Source: a virus
Lineage: Duplodnaviria > Heunggongvirae > Uroviricota > Caudoviricetes
IMG/VR virus record: IMGVR_UViG_2925939204_000001
Length of the DNA stretch: 64,000 bases
Direction: 5' to 3' (one strand)
Under the pieces are notes generated by a model. It saw only the letters and a program-made list of their open reading frames with translations, did not search any database and had not been told where the DNA came from. Made by a program: the position numbers and the translations under genes. Below are positions 37,640 to 47,937 of this stretch, piece by piece. The first letter of the stretch is position 1; each line of letters begins with the position of its first letter.

Positions 37640-37942
37640 TTAGTATTTGTGAGGGTCGAGATACAAGTCCTCGGCCTTTCCGTTAACCCACTTAAAAATT
37701 AACCTATATTGCTTATTCACCCTTACTGATGAATAGCCATTTAGCTTCCCTGACAGTTCCTCATACCGATTACCTGGTGGTGATCTTAAATCCTTACAGG
37801 TAGTTGCGGCATTGATAATGTCCAACTTCCGTGACAATGTCATATGAATATCAGGAGGTATCTTTCTATGTGGTGTTGAAAATTCAAAAAAATCATCAAG
37901 CCACGCATCCCTGAAATCCTTTATGTTAATTTTTTTGGTCAT
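37640..37942 (-). CDS. higB: HigB toxin (RelE/ParE superfamily)
   Basis: 100 aa; C-terminal YRLIFKWVNGKAEDLYLDPHKY resembles the HigB killer-protein core; toxin-first gene order. Confidence 0.75.
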   Translation of the reverse strand: MTKKINIKDFRDAWLDDFFEFSTPHRKIPPDIHMTLSRKLDIINAATTCKDLRSPPGNRYEELSGKLNGYSSVRVNKQYRLIFKWVNGKAEDLYLDPHKY

Positions 37943-38104
37943 TAGTCATTTGATCCTCCGTGATGATTACCGAATGCCATAACTATAGCGCACCGTTGCA
38001 CTGTGCGCAAGTGCATTTTATGAATTCCCCCTCCTTCATCCAAAATCACAATCTCCCGAAAATCTTCCTTTCGATACCTGACAGATCGACCTTTGAGGAT
38101 GCTT

Positions 38105-38896
38105 ATGGGCCGTTTTGACGAATGGTTTGCTGACGATGCAAACCTGGCAAGTAAGGAGTCAGAACATGACAGCACGCAGAGAGAAACGCCAGCGCCGATT
38201 GAAGCGAATGCAGGAGGCGCGCCGGAACATGGCAATACCGGTTCGGATTCATTCAGCATTCTGGAAGAGCAACCCGCCGCCAAAGCTGATAGCCATGATA
38301 ATTTTGCTGATAGCAACGGTGGCCTTACTCCGGATGCTGGCGAATCAGATATAGCCATACTTCCATCTTCCCTGGCTGGCAGAGAACCGACTCCACAGTT
38401 AAAAGCACGCTATAACGGGCATAAAGCCTTTAACGACCAAATCCGCGCAGACTGGATGCTGATTATTGAATCCAGCCCAGACGCGTTTCAGGCTCTCTTA
38501 TATCGACCAGATGTTGGCACATATGGGGTAGTCAGCGACGAAACAGGAGAAGAGTCATTCACTGAACTGGATAACAACCAACGCGAACTGACTTACCAGG
38601 AACCTGAAATCGTTTATGTGCTGGATAACCCTGACGGGCGTGACTCTTTCCATGCGATTGACGCAGACGGTGAGCAGGATGGCTTAACCGATGATGTTCT
38701 GATTCTGCGTATTGCAGCAAATAACGTCCCCGTCGGCTCAATTCTTGAATGGAATGAAGAGATGGTAAACGGCGTAGCGCGCCGCTGGTGGTACGTGCAC
38801 CGTATTTTTAGCTACGGCACACAGCATGTTGGTTCGCTTTACTACTGCATACCTGCCAGGAATTTTGATACGACTCAAAACGGAGTGATCGAATGA
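38105..38896 (+). CDS. putative virion/baseplate protein; true start uncertain
   Basis: Long ORF with ordered C-terminal half; N-terminal ~100 aa low-complexity and overlapped out of frame by a strongly-initiated small ORF (38166..38354). Confidence 0.45.
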   Translation: MGRFDEWFADDANLASKESEHDSTQRETPAPIEANAGGAPEHGNTGSDSFSILEEQPAAKADSHDNFADSNGGLTPDAGESDIAILPSSLAGREPTPQLKARYNGHKAFNDQIRADWMLIIESSPDAFQALLYRPDVGTYGVVSDETGEESFTELDNNQRELTYQEPEIVYVLDNPDGRDSFHAIDADGEQDGLTDDVLILRIAANNVPVGSILEWNEEMVNGVARRWWYVHRIFSYGTQHVGSLYYCIPARNFDTTQNGVIE

Positions 38897-39660
38897 CTTC
38901 AAATAAAACCCTCCTGGCGCGAACAGGTGAATGGCAAACCTCACGTACAGGAAAATTCCAGACCACGGGCTTTGAAAACGTGGATAACGCGTTTGCGACG
39001 CTAATCAGCAACATTTTTTCTGATATCTTACTGGTGGCCCCCGCGCCGGAAGAAAAACGCTTTGCGTCATTCCTGAATCGTCCACCAGCAGAGCGTGTCT
39101 ATGTGGCCCGTTTCGACAATGCGATCGAGTTTCTTAAAGCAGTTCGTCGCGCAAATGCCGGGCAAGGGAGAAAACCTGAAAACCAGAACATTAACCGGGA
39201 TGCTCTCCCCCTGGTCAATATCTCACGCACTATGGATATCAATTATATCAACGATGATCAGCAGATTGACCGCAAAAAAGTAGCCAGTTTTTGCGAACCG
39301 GATACCGGAATGCCTTTAGCAGAACTGGAATACACCCAGGCCATTCTGACGTATGACGTTACGTTAATGGCAACTGATAAAGCGACCATGAGTCTGATGT
39401 GTAATTCGCTGGGCGCACGGCTTCGCCTGATGACAGGTACACAATTTGAAGCAACCACTCACCTTGTTCGTGTCCCGGTCCCGCTGATTTGCTCGATACA
39501 GGATGCCAAAGAAGTCGGCTTTACGGATGTTTCAGCACCAATTGGAGAAGAGCGTATTTATGCCACACAAGCGCCGATAAGTGTGATTGCAGACGTGATC
39601 ACAGCATGGGAGTTGGACGCAAAACGTATTATTACCGAAACCTCGATATCTATGGGGTGA
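38893..39660 (+). CDS. putative virion/baseplate protein (255 aa)
   Basis: Coupled ORF in a structural gene cluster. Confidence 0.5.
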   Translation: MTSNKTLLARTGEWQTSRTGKFQTTGFENVDNAFATLISNIFSDILLVAPAPEEKRFASFLNRPPAERVYVARFDNAIEFLKAVRRANAGQGRKPENQNINRDALPLVNISRTMDINYINDDQQIDRKKVASFCEPDTGMPLAELEYTQAILTYDVTLMATDKATMSLMCNSLGARLRLMTGTQFEATTHLVRVPVPLICSIQDAKEVGFTDVSAPIGEERIYATQAPISVIADVITAWELDAKRIITETSISMG

Positions 39661-39663
39661 TAA

Positions 39664-40644
39664 GTGGCCCAGGAGTTACAACAATATTTTCTACAGTCAG
39701 TGCTCATTAACGATAACAAAGTGCCACGAGACTGGATTTTTACCGCAGTATATGTAGAAAAAACCAGCCTCAAAGCCCCTTTGCTAAAACTGGAAATTCA
39801 TGACGCTACCGGCACCGTAATTGATGACTGGAAAGCCAAATACGGTGCATCGCTGGTGGCTGAAATGGGCGATCCAAACGGTAATGCAGGCACTTTTAAA
39901 ACAGATTTCTTTGTTACGTCTGCAATGCTGGCTGGTGATGTTGTTACCGTTATTGCTGTCAGTGAAGACGTGCGCAGGTTTAAGATCCCCTCCCCGCGCA
40001 CAAATTTACATACCAACAAAACACCAGACGCTATATTCAAGGCATATTCCGGCAAACTTAAAATTACCAGCAGCGTGCTAAAACGCGCAGTTACATATCA
40101 TCTGAATGCCGGTGACAAACCGTCAAAAATGCTTTCGGAGATAGCGCGAGACAAAGGTGCATTGTGTTGGGTATGTCGGGGGGAATTTAACTTTTACACC
40201 CTGGCTGATCTGATGAAGCAAACGCCATCATTTACCTACGAGGGGAATAACCCTAAAGCAGAATACACTTTGTCCAAAATGCGCCTACTCCAACAGGAAC
40301 ATGCGACAACAGCAAAGAATCAATATCGTTTTGTTGGGTATTCCATGACCGATGGCTACGTCGAATATGGCGATAGCTCACTCCCAGTGCGTTATATATC
40401 CGACTCTGATATGGAAACTCTTCGCAATATGCAGCTGTCTCTCGTCCCCAAAATGGATATAGAAGTCGCAGGCAATCCTGATATAAAACCGGGGATGGTA
40501 ATAGAGATTATCGTATACCGCTATGACCAGGAAAACCGCATTGATGAATCAATGCCCCGTAAGCTGATAGTAAAAAATGTTGCGCACTTTGAGGACCGCG
40601 TAGGCTACACAACACGAATGATATTGGGAGTGCCTAACAAATGA
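39664..40644 (+). CDS. putative baseplate protein (326 aa)
   Basis: Coupled ORF directly upstream of a gpV-like spike gene. Confidence 0.5.
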   Translation: MAQELQQYFLQSVLINDNKVPRDWIFTAVYVEKTSLKAPLLKLEIHDATGTVIDDWKAKYGASLVAEMGDPNGNAGTFKTDFFVTSAMLAGDVVTVIAVSEDVRRFKIPSPRTNLHTNKTPDAIFKAYSGKLKITSSVLKRAVTYHLNAGDKPSKMLSEIARDKGALCWVCRGEFNFYTLADLMKQTPSFTYEGNNPKAEYTLSKMRLLQQEHATTAKNQYRFVGYSMTDGYVEYGDSSLPVRYISDSDMETLRNMQLSLVPKMDIEVAGNPDIKPGMVIEIIVYRYDQENRIDESMPRKLIVKNVAHFEDRVGYTTRMILGVPNK

Positions 40645-41294
40645 AGCGTAGAGCGCAAATTGTTGGAACTGTGCACCCGGCAGGGCTTATGCGTGCTCAA
40701 GTCCGTGTTTTACCTGACTGGAATGGCGTTCCTGATGACGATCTACCCTGGGCGGAATACCAGTTACCCATCGGGAACGCTTTTGTACCTACAGTCAAAG
40801 GTGACCTGGTCTGGGTAGAGTTTCCTTATTTAGATGTTAACGGTCGAATAGACACCAGACGCCCAATGATAGTTGGTGCCGCTCAGGATGCACCGGGAGG
40901 AATTCCAAACGTTGCACCAGAAGCATCTGGTAAAGGCAACGGCTGGACGCCGCCGGAAGTAGATGGAGCACCTCCCCGCCCCCAAATCTCAGCAACGAAA
41001 GACTTCGTTATTCACCGCAACAATATTCTTGAAGTACGAACTGCTGGTGGCGGCTATGAAATTGCCAATACGGCAGCAGGCTCAAGGATTGGCATGAATG
41101 AGTCCGGGCAGATATATATCATTGGTCCGGCTGATGTAATCGTGAATGCAGGAGGGAGTGTTAACGTCAAATCAGCCAACAACATCAATGTTAATGGGGA
41201 AAATATAGCTGTCACCGCTAACGGAGACATAGCTTTCAAGGCAGGAGGAACCTTTCAGGCCACTGCTGGCAACTTCGATTTCAAGAAAGGATAG
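40641..41294 (+). CDS. baseplate spike/hub protein (gpV-like)
   Basis: Size and Gly-rich repetitive beta-strand C-terminal region typical of gpV/gp5-type spike proteins. Confidence 0.45.
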   Translation: MKRRAQIVGTVHPAGLMRAQVRVLPDWNGVPDDDLPWAEYQLPIGNAFVPTVKGDLVWVEFPYLDVNGRIDTRRPMIVGAAQDAPGGIPNVAPEASGKGNGWTPPEVDGAPPRPQISATKDFVIHRNNILEVRTAGGGYEIANTAAGSRIGMNESGQIYIIGPADVIVNAGGSVNVKSANNINVNGENIAVTANGDIAFKAGGTFQATAGNFDFKKG

Positions 41295-41304
41295 AAAATG
41301 CACC

Positions 41305-41346
41305 CATTTGTGTTAGATAATTAATATGTATTTTCTAACACAAATG
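41305..41346. promoter_or_regulatory. inverted pair of operator-like half-sites (CATTTGTGTTAGA ... TCTAACACAAATG)
   Basis: Perfect 13-bp inverted repeat with 16-bp AT-rich spacer directly upstream of hrdC. Confidence 0.5.
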
Positions 41347-41353
41347 GTGAGAC

Positions 41354-42259
41354 ATGAGATCAGTCGCTTTCAAAAATATCTTCATCTATCGTCTTTCACG
41401 CGAAGTTAGCTGGGATACTGCAGAAGTAAATGCAGCCCTTAGCAAGTTTGTGTTTACCCCATGCGGTTCTCAGGATATGGCTAAAGCTGGTTGGACCTCC
41501 GTTCTTGGTGACAACCTCACCCATGAATACCAGGGTTTTCTTCTGATACAGCATAAACGAGAGGAAAAAATCCTACCTTCTCAAGTGCTCAAAGAAGAGT
41601 TACAGAAAAAAATCCTGACACTTGAAGAAGAGCAAGACAGAAAGCTGAAGAAGACCGAAAAAGATTCGCTGAAGGATGAAGTGCTTCACTCTCTTCTTCC
41701 TCGTGCTTTCACGAGAAAATCACTCGCCAAAATCCTGATCGACCGCAGCAACCATCTGGTATTCGTTGAGGCAAGCAGCGCCAAAAAGGCAGAGGACCAG
41801 CTGGCTTTATTGCGAAAATCGCTCGGCAGCCTGCCTGTCATTCCATTCACACCACGCGAACCGCTGGAAATTACAATGACCGAGTGGTTTAAAAACGGCT
41901 TCCCTGCCGGATTTACAGCAGGTGAAGACGCCACATTAAAGGGTCTGCTCGATAATGGTGGTGCCGTTCGCTGCAACAAAGTTGATCTACAGTCCGACGA
42001 GATTATGTCTCACATTGAGGCGGGGAAAGTAGCTACGACCGTTGCAATTAACTGGATGGACCGCGCGTCGTTCAGAGTCAACGATGATATGAGTATCAAA
42101 GCCCTGACATTCTGTGATGATCTCTATGACCAGAACGACGATATCGACCGGGAGGATGTAGCACAACGATTTGATGCTGATTTCGTGCTCTTTACGGGCG
42201 AATTATCTGCACTGTTTAACGCGCTGGTGGAGGCCATTGGCGGTGAAGCAGAACGTTAA
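41354..42259 (+). CDS. hrdC: RdgC homologue (recombination-associated protein)
   Basis: Collinear similarity to E. coli RdgC, e.g. [60 protein letters not shown]. Confidence 0.85.
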   Translation: MRSVAFKNIFIYRLSREVSWDTAEVNAALSKFVFTPCGSQDMAKAGWTSVLGDNLTHEYQGFLLIQHKREEKILPSQVLKEELQKKILTLEEEQDRKLKKTEKDSLKDEVLHSLLPRAFTRKSLAKILIDRSNHLVFVEASSAKKAEDQLALLRKSLGSLPVIPFTPREPLEITMTEWFKNGFPAGFTAGEDATLKGLLDNGGAVRCNKVDLQSDEIMSHIEAGKVATTVAINWMDRASFRVNDDMSIKALTFCDDLYDQNDDIDREDVAQRFDADFVLFTGELSALFNALVEAIGGEAER

Positions 42260-44399
42260 CCTTCGATATGGTTCAGTTTGCAGTGGAATTGAAGCCGCGA
42301 GCATTGCCTGGGAACCGTTGGGTATGCGTCCGGCGTGGTTTGCTGAAATTGAGCCTTTTCCATCTGCCGTTCTTGCGCACCGCTGGCCTCATATCGCCAA
42401 CCTTGGCGATATGACAAAACTTGCCAAAAAAGTCCTGGCTGGGGAAATCGAATCCCCTGATGTGCTCGTCGGGGGAACACCTTGTCAGGCATTCAGTATC
42501 GCGGGATTACGTGGTGGGCTTGATGATGAGCGCGGCGCGCTAACTTTGAAGTATGTGGAGCTTGCAAATGCAATTGACGACAAACGGTCTGAGTCCTTCC
42601 TCAAACCGACAGTTATCGTCTGGGAAAATGTCCCAGGAGTCCTGTCATCGGCAGATAACGCCTTCGGATGTTTCCTTGCCGGATTGGCTGGAGAAGATGC
42701 ACCATTTGAACCAGGTGATCGACCTGAATCAGGAAAAAGTAACGCGTTCTGGCGGTGGGATGGCAAAACCGGTTGCCATGCTCCAAAGTGGCCGCAGTGT
42801 GGTTGTATTTATGGACCGCAGCGAAAGGTGGCCTGGAGAATACTTGATGCCCAATACTTCGGAGTGGCACAACGACGCCGACGCGTGTTTGTTGTCGCAA
42901 GTGCTCGAACAGACCTCGATCCCGCAACGGTACTTTTTGAGTTCGAAGGCGTGCGCCGGGATATTGCGCCGAGCAGAGGCGAGGGGAAGGAAGTTGCCGG
43001 AAATGTTGGAAATGGCATTAAAAGCGGGAGCCATTGGGATAACCCTGTAAATCCTCACCCGACACTTGCCCGATCGCACAATACCGGCGGGACGGGTGCA
43101 AGCAACCAGGAGATTTTTTCACAGCGCGGAAGTGGGCTTGTCGGTGCTTACCGGATGGTAGCATTTGGTGAGTATGCGGATGATGAGGCGGCTTCCACGG
43201 TCAAGGCCAGAGATTTTAAGGATGCAACCGACCTGGCTGTTTTTGACAGTGCGAACGTCGGAGTGGCAGTACGTCGCTTAACGCCTGTCGAGTGCGAACG
43301 CCTGCAGGGCTTTCCTGACGGGCACACGTTGATCCCTACGGAAAAGCGTAAAAAAGTTTCTTCAGATGAACTGGCATACCTTCGCAATCACTATCCAGAT
43401 TTAAGCGAAGAAGAGGCCGCGATGCTTGCAGCTGACGGACCGCGTTACAAAGCGATCGGCAACAGCATGGCAGTTCCTGTTATGCAATGGATAGGGTGTC
43501 GCATTCTTGCGACCGTAGCGGATAAACAGCAAAAAACAATAAATACCATTACCTACACAAGAAAACTCCGGACTCCGGATGAATATGAACGCCCAATATT
43601 CAAATGGGTAGGCGGTAAATTCTCAGAGTTGCCTACAGTGCTTGAGCATCTACCACACGGCAAGCGGTTAATAGAACCATTCGTTGGTGGCGGTTCCGTA
43701 TTTACGAATGCAGGATTTCGCCACAACCTGCTTAATGATATTAACGGTGACCTGATTAACTTCTATCAGACATTGCAGCGAGAGGGACATTCGCTCGTCA
43801 CGCTGGCATATAGTTTTTTCAAAAATTACAACAACGCTGACGCTTACCTCGAAGTGCGCGAGGCATTTAACAGAGGAAAGTATGACCAGCTACATCATGC
43901 TGCCGCCTTTTTGTACCTTAATCGGCACTGTTTTAATGGCGTAACGCGGTACAACCAAAATGGCGAGTTCAACGTGGGGTATGGCAAATACAAAGCGCCC
44001 TACTTCCCACATGCAGAGATGGAGGCATTTTTGGCTGATGACGTACTCAAAAACACGTCCTTTGTATCAGGTGACTTTGCTGGCGTCATCGAGGCGGCTG
44101 GTGAAGGCGATGTGATTTTTTGCGATCCGCCGTATGAACCGCTGCCGGATACAGAAGGGTTTACCAGTTATTCAGGAAATAGCTTCCGTTTCGACGAACA
44201 GAAACGGCTGGTATCTCTATTGGTGGAAGCCCACCAGCGCGGCGCTAAGGTAGTGATAACAAATAGTGGTGCGCCAAACATCCGTGAACTATATGAACGA
44301 AACGGGTTTAAAGTACATCATATGGCAGCCAGACGGTCGGTGTCCTGCAAGGCGTCAACACGTGTAGTTGCTAACGATATAATTGCAATAATGAAGTAA
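42171..44399 (+). CDS. dmt: bifunctional DNA methyltransferase Dmt (N-terminal C5-cytosine MTase, C-terminal Dam-like N6-adenine MTase)
   Basis: C5-MTase motifs GTPCQAFS and ENVPG; Dam-type DPPY motif in C-terminal half; real start probably near GTG 42243 just before the hrdC stop. Confidence 0.85.
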   Translation: MMLISCSLRANYLHCLTRWWRPLAVKQNVNLRYGSVCSGIEAASIAWEPLGMRPAWFAEIEPFPSAVLAHRWPHIANLGDMTKLAKKVLAGEIESPDVLVGGTPCQAFSIAGLRGGLDDERGALTLKYVELANAIDDKRSESFLKPTVIVWENVPGVLSSADNAFGCFLAGLAGEDAPFEPGDRPESGKSNAFWRWDGKTGCHAPKWPQCGCIYGPQRKVAWRILDAQYFGVAQRRRRVFVVASARTDLDPATVLFEFEGVRRDIAPSRGEGKEVAGNVGNGIKSGSHWDNPVNPHPTLARSHNTGGTGASNQEIFSQRGSGLVGAYRMVAFGEYADDEAASTVKARDFKDATDLAVFDSANVGVAVRRLTPVECERLQGFPDGHTLIPTEKRKKVSSDELAYLRNHYPDLSEEEAAMLAADGPRYKAIGNSMAVPVMQWIGCRILATVADKQQKTINTITYTRKLRTPDEYERPIFKWVGGKFSELPTVLEHLPHGKRLIEPFVGGGSVFTNAGFRHNLLNDINGDLINFYQTLQREGHSLVTLAYSFFKNYNNADAYLEVREAFNRGKYDQLHHAAAFLYLNRHCFNGVTRYNQNGEFNVGYGKYKAPYFPHAEMEAFLADDVLKNTSFVSGDFAGVIEAAGEGDVIFCDPPYEPLPDTEGFTSYSGNSFRFDEQKRLVSLLVEAHQRGAKVVITNSGAPNIRELYERNGFKVHHMAARRSVSCKASTRVVANDIIAIMK

Positions 44400-44404
44400 A
44401 AAAC

Positions 44405-44435
44405 GCCGCAGTAGCGGCGTTTACTTTTTTATGTG
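44405..44435. terminator. bidirectional terminator between dmt and glnS
   Basis: AACGCCGC-AGTA-GCGGCGTT hairpin flanked by A and T runs. Confidence 0.55.
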
Positions 44436-44447
44436 GCGAAATACCTA

Positions 44448-46109
44448 TTAACCTAACTTCGCCCAGGTATCACGCAGCCCAACGGTGCGGTTAAATACCG
44501 GTTTTTCCGCCGTAGAATGGCGGCTGTCGAGGCAGAAATAACCTTCACGCTCAAACTGGAATGCTTTACCCGCTACCGCTTCTTTCAGCGACGGTTCAGC
44601 AAAACCCTGTTTGATCACCAGCGATTCCGGGTTAATCACCGACAGGAAATCATCCGCAGCACCTGGGTTCGGCACGCTGAACAGACGATCGTACAGGCGG
44701 ATTTCAACCGGCAGCGCATGTGCCGCGCTCACCCAGTGAATAACGCCTTTCACTTTACGACCATCTGCCGGATCTTTGCTTAAGGTGTCGGCGTCATAAG
44801 TACAGAAGATGGTGGTGATATTGCCTTCGGCATCTTTCTCCACGCGTTCAGCCTTAATGACGTAAGCATTACGCAGACGCACTTCTTTACCCAGCACCAG
44901 ACGTTTGTACTGCTTGTTAGCTTCTTCGCGGAAATCGGCGCGGTCGATCCAAATCTCACCGCTAAACGGCACCTGACGGCTACCCATTTCCGGTTTGTTT
45001 GGATGGTTCGGCATGGTGACCATTTCGCCTTCGCCCTGGTAGTTTTCGATAACCAGTTTCACCGGATCGATAACCGCCATTGCGCGCGGCGCATTTTCGT
45101 TGAGATCTTCACGGATGCAGGATTCCAGCGACGCCATCTCAATGGTGTTGTCCTGCTTGGTCACGCCGATGCGTTTGCAGAACTCACGAATAGAAGCCGC
45201 AGTGTAACCACGACGACGCAGACCGGAAATGGTCGGCATACGCGGGTCATCCCAGCCTTCAACGTGCTTGTCGGTCACCAGCAGGTTCAGCTTACGCTTG
45301 GACATCACAGTGTATTCCAGATTCAGGCGCGAAAATTCGTACTGGCGCGGGTGAACAGGAATGGTGATGTTGTCCAGTACCCAGTCATACAGACGACGGT
45401 TGTCCTGGAACTCAAGCGTACACAGAGAGTGCGTAATACCTTCCAGCGCATCGCTGATGCAGTGGGTGAAGTCGTACATCGGGTAGATGCACCACTTGTT
45501 GCCAGTCTGGTGATGTTCAGCAAACTTAATGCGGTACAGCACCGGGTCGCGCATCACGATAAACGGCGAAGCCATGTCGATTTTCGCACGCAGGCAGGCT
45601 TTACCTTCTTCAAAACCACCGGCACGCATTTTTTCGAACAGCGCCAGGTTCTCTTCAACGCTGCGGTCGCGGTACGGGCTGTTTTTACCCGGCTGCGTCA
45701 GGGTGCCGCGGTATTCGCGGATCTGTTCCGGCGTCAGTTCGTCAACATACGCCAGGCCTTTGTTGATCAGTTCAACAGCATAGGCATGGAGTTTGTCAAA
45801 ATAATCGGAGGAGTAACGGATGTTGCCAGACCAGTGAAAACCTAACCATTCAACGTCGTTTTTAATCGACTCGACGTACTCGATATCTTCTTTTACCGGG
45901 TTAGTGTCGTCGAAACGCAGGTTGCACTGGCCTTTATAGTCCTGGGCGATCCCGAAGTTCAGGCAGATAGATTTCGCATGACCAATATGCAGATAGCCAT
46001 TCGGTTCCGGCGGGAAACGGGTATGTACTGTGGTGTGCTTACCACTGGCCAGATCTTCATCGATGATCTGACGAATAAAGTTAGTCGGGCGGGCTTCTGC
46101 CTCACTCAT
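44448..46109 (-). CDS. glnS: glutaminyl-tRNA synthetase
   Basis: 553 aa with class I HIGH ([11 protein letters not shown]) and KMSKS (VMSKR) motifs; full-length match to E. coli GlnRS as I recall it. Confidence 0.95.
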   Translation of the reverse strand: MSEAEARPTNFIRQIIDEDLASGKHTTVHTRFPPEPNGYLHIGHAKSICLNFGIAQDYKGQCNLRFDDTNPVKEDIEYVESIKNDVEWLGFHWSGNIRYSSDYFDKLHAYAVELINKGLAYVDELTPEQIREYRGTLTQPGKNSPYRDRSVEENLALFEKMRAGGFEEGKACLRAKIDMASPFIVMRDPVLYRIKFAEHHQTGNKWCIYPMYDFTHCISDALEGITHSLCTLEFQDNRRLYDWVLDNITIPVHPRQYEFSRLNLEYTVMSKRKLNLLVTDKHVEGWDDPRMPTISGLRRRGYTAASIREFCKRIGVTKQDNTIEMASLESCIREDLNENAPRAMAVIDPVKLVIENYQGEGEMVTMPNHPNKPEMGSRQVPFSGEIWIDRADFREEANKQYKRLVLGKEVRLRNAYVIKAERVEKDAEGNITTIFCTYDADTLSKDPADGRKVKGVIHWVSAAHALPVEIRLYDRLFSVPNPGAADDFLSVINPESLVIKQGFAEPSLKEAVAGKAFQFEREGYFCLDSRHSTAEKPVFNRTVGLRDTWAKLG

Positions 46110-46377
46110 TGTGGATTCCTCAAAGCGTAAACAACGTATAACAGCGTATGATCTTATAAGCCGAATAGGCTGACAACCACTAGTTGATTAGAAATTACTT
46201 TCTATCGTTATTTCAATAATGAGCTTTTTCATGAAGCCCACTTTTGCGCATAAGTAAATTAATGACAAATGGTACACAATTGGAACCAAAAAGGATGTAA
46301 AGGTGCACCAAATTAGTGGTGTATTGGTGCACCTTTGGTTCAAGACTTTTTAAGTTCTAAAACCAACCTGAAAGACT

Positions 46378-46665
46378 TTATTTTGCTTCCTCAGACTCCG
46401 CTAACATGAGGATAGCATGGCGGATCATATTCAATTTGCTGCGATTATGCTTTTTGCTCAACGCATCAAGTACCTGGTACTCGTATTCATTGAAACCAAC
46501 ACGAATAGATTTAAAATCACGTGGAGCGTCCTTATCGAGCACTTTGTTGTCTTCTGGTTGCTCACCCGGCACCAAATCAGCCTTACTTGCAAAATCCTCA
46601 ATTCGGCGTTCAAGATCGGGGTCTTTTACTTCGGGGGCTTTTACCGATTTACGAGGCTTAATCAC
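46378..46665 (-). CDS. ParG-like centromere-binding protein (ribbon-helix-helix)
   Basis: 95 aa; basic flexible N-terminus and C-terminal RHH-like segment; immediately downstream of, and overlapping, the ParF-like ATPase gene. Confidence 0.5.
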   Translation of the reverse strand: MIKPRKSVKAPEVKDPDLERRIEDFASKADLVPGEQPEDNKVLDKDAPRDFKSIRVGFNEYEYQVLDALSKKHNRSKLNMIRHAILMLAESEEAK

Positions 46666-47329
46666 TTAATAACTCCTTAACCAACATCTGGATTTCACCT
46701 TTAGCTTTCCCGTTGTCCATCTCAACAACGCCCTTCCCTTCAGCCATGCAATCGCGGTAAACCTTACGATCACGAATGATGGTTTTCAGCAACTTCAGTT
46801 GCGGATATTCAGCCAGGTACTCTTTGGCCTCATTGGTTTCATTCACAACCGGATTGGATGGGGCCATTGTTAAGACTGCGAACGCCTTAATGCTAGGATT
46901 AGGCATCAGGTCCAAAGCCTCTTCAAACACTTCAACAAAGTGTGCCAGCGTGTCTAAATCTGGTTGAGATGGTCTGAATGGGACCAACACAATATCTGCA
47001 GCGGTTATGCCTGTACGCATCTCTTTGCTATCGCGCCCGGCTGTATCAACAACAACAAATTCATAACGCTTATCCAGATCGAGAAGTGTTTCTCGAATAT
47101 TACCAAACTTCTGGACACAATGAATTACAGGAGAAACCTCTGCCGTGTTACGGTCAGCTGCCCAGCGGGCAGCTGTTCCTTGCTTGTCTGCATCTAGTAA
47201 CACTACATCCTTATTTGCGCGGGCAAGCTCCGCACAGATGTTTACGCTTGTGGTTGATTTTCCACAGCCACCTTTTTGGCTGACTACCAATATAATCATA
47301 TCCGTTCCTCGGTGTGATTTTGGTATCAA
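46658..47329 (-). CDS. ParA/ParF-family partition ATPase (small type Ib)
   Basis: Deviant Walker A VVSQKGGCGKST; probable real start at internal Met (MIILVV...). Confidence 0.8.
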   Translation of the reverse strand: MIPKSHRGTDMIILVVSQKGGCGKSTTSVNICAELARANKDVVLLDADKQGTAARWAADRNTAEVSPVIHCVQKFGNIRETLLDLDKRYEFVVVDTAGRDSKEMRTGITAADIVLVPFRPSQPDLDTLAHFVEVFEEALDLMPNPSIKAFAVLTMAPSNPVVNETNEAKEYLAEYPQLKLLKTIIRDRKVYRDCMAEGKGVVEMDNGKAKGEIQMLVKELLSD

Positions 47330-47580
47330 AACGGTTCCAGATAAGAGCCTTTTTGATGCGGGACAGGCTCTATAATGGAGTCATGAATGTTTGGCAAAGT
47401 ATAACATCAATCAGACCAAATACACCTTATATTGCATCCTATTTAACACGAAATCAGCCCTAAATTGGAACCAGATACAAAATTGCACCATAACAGCACC
47501 TAAATGGTGCCAGTTCAACACTAATTAGACACCATTAAGGCACAAAAAGGGCTGCAATTTGCAGCCTTAAACCAGCACAT
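47330..47580. repeat. iteron-like repeat cluster upstream of the ParF-like gene (putative centromere/operator)
   Basis: Repeated AAATTGGAACCA / AAATTGCACCAT / AAATGGTGCCAG units; related units also at 46241-46320 and 50255-50300. Confidence 0.4.
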
Positions 47581-47586
47581 CTTCTG

Positions 47587-47931
47587 TCAATCAGGTAGAG
47601 AGTCAGCCAGATTGCGCGCCGACGCGCTTTTGGCAACAACTTGCTCCTTCACTGGCTCAATGGAGGCAGGGCGCTCCTCAACCGCAGCTGGTAGTTCCAG
47701 GAAGGATGCCAGCATTTTTCGGATCAGCTCCGGGTTATTGTCTTCGGTCAGCAGGGAAGCCAGTAATCCTGGAAGCCTGCTATCGACTTCTCCCAGCGCA
47801 AGCCCTGCCAACAATGCAGTTCTTGCCATATCGCTATGTTTTTTTATCTTCTCGCTCGCCGCCTTTTCATTGGCATAAGCCTCTGGGCGAAGATAAATCA
47901 TCACTTTCTTACGTTCCTGAGACATGGACAT
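47587..47931 (-). CDS. ParR/StbB-like partition adaptor (114 aa)
   Basis: Small protein directly downstream of the ParM-like gene; assignment by position and size. Confidence 0.45.
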   Translation of the reverse strand: MSMSQERKKVMIYLRPEAYANEKAASEKIKKHSDMARTALLAGLALGEVDSRLPGLLASLLTEDNNPELIRKMLASFLELPAAVEERPASIEPVKEQVVAKSASARNLADSLPD

Positions 47932-47937
47932 ACCTCG

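Noticed and set aside
37942-38358. 138-aa minus-strand ORF 37942..38358
   Set aside because: Antisense to the 5' end of the structural gene, Ala/Ser/Pro-rich low-complexity product, no RBS; likely spurious.
45003-45845. 280-aa plus-strand ORF antisense to glnS
   Set aside because: Antisense to a near-perfect GlnRS gene; Val/Arg/His-rich composition typical of antisense frames.
44448-46109. Possibility that glnS marks a prophage-chromosome junction
   Set aside because: Phage or plasmid genes lie on both sides (dmt to the left, par genes to the right), so the gene is internal to the element; assembly chimerism cannot be excluded from sequence alone.
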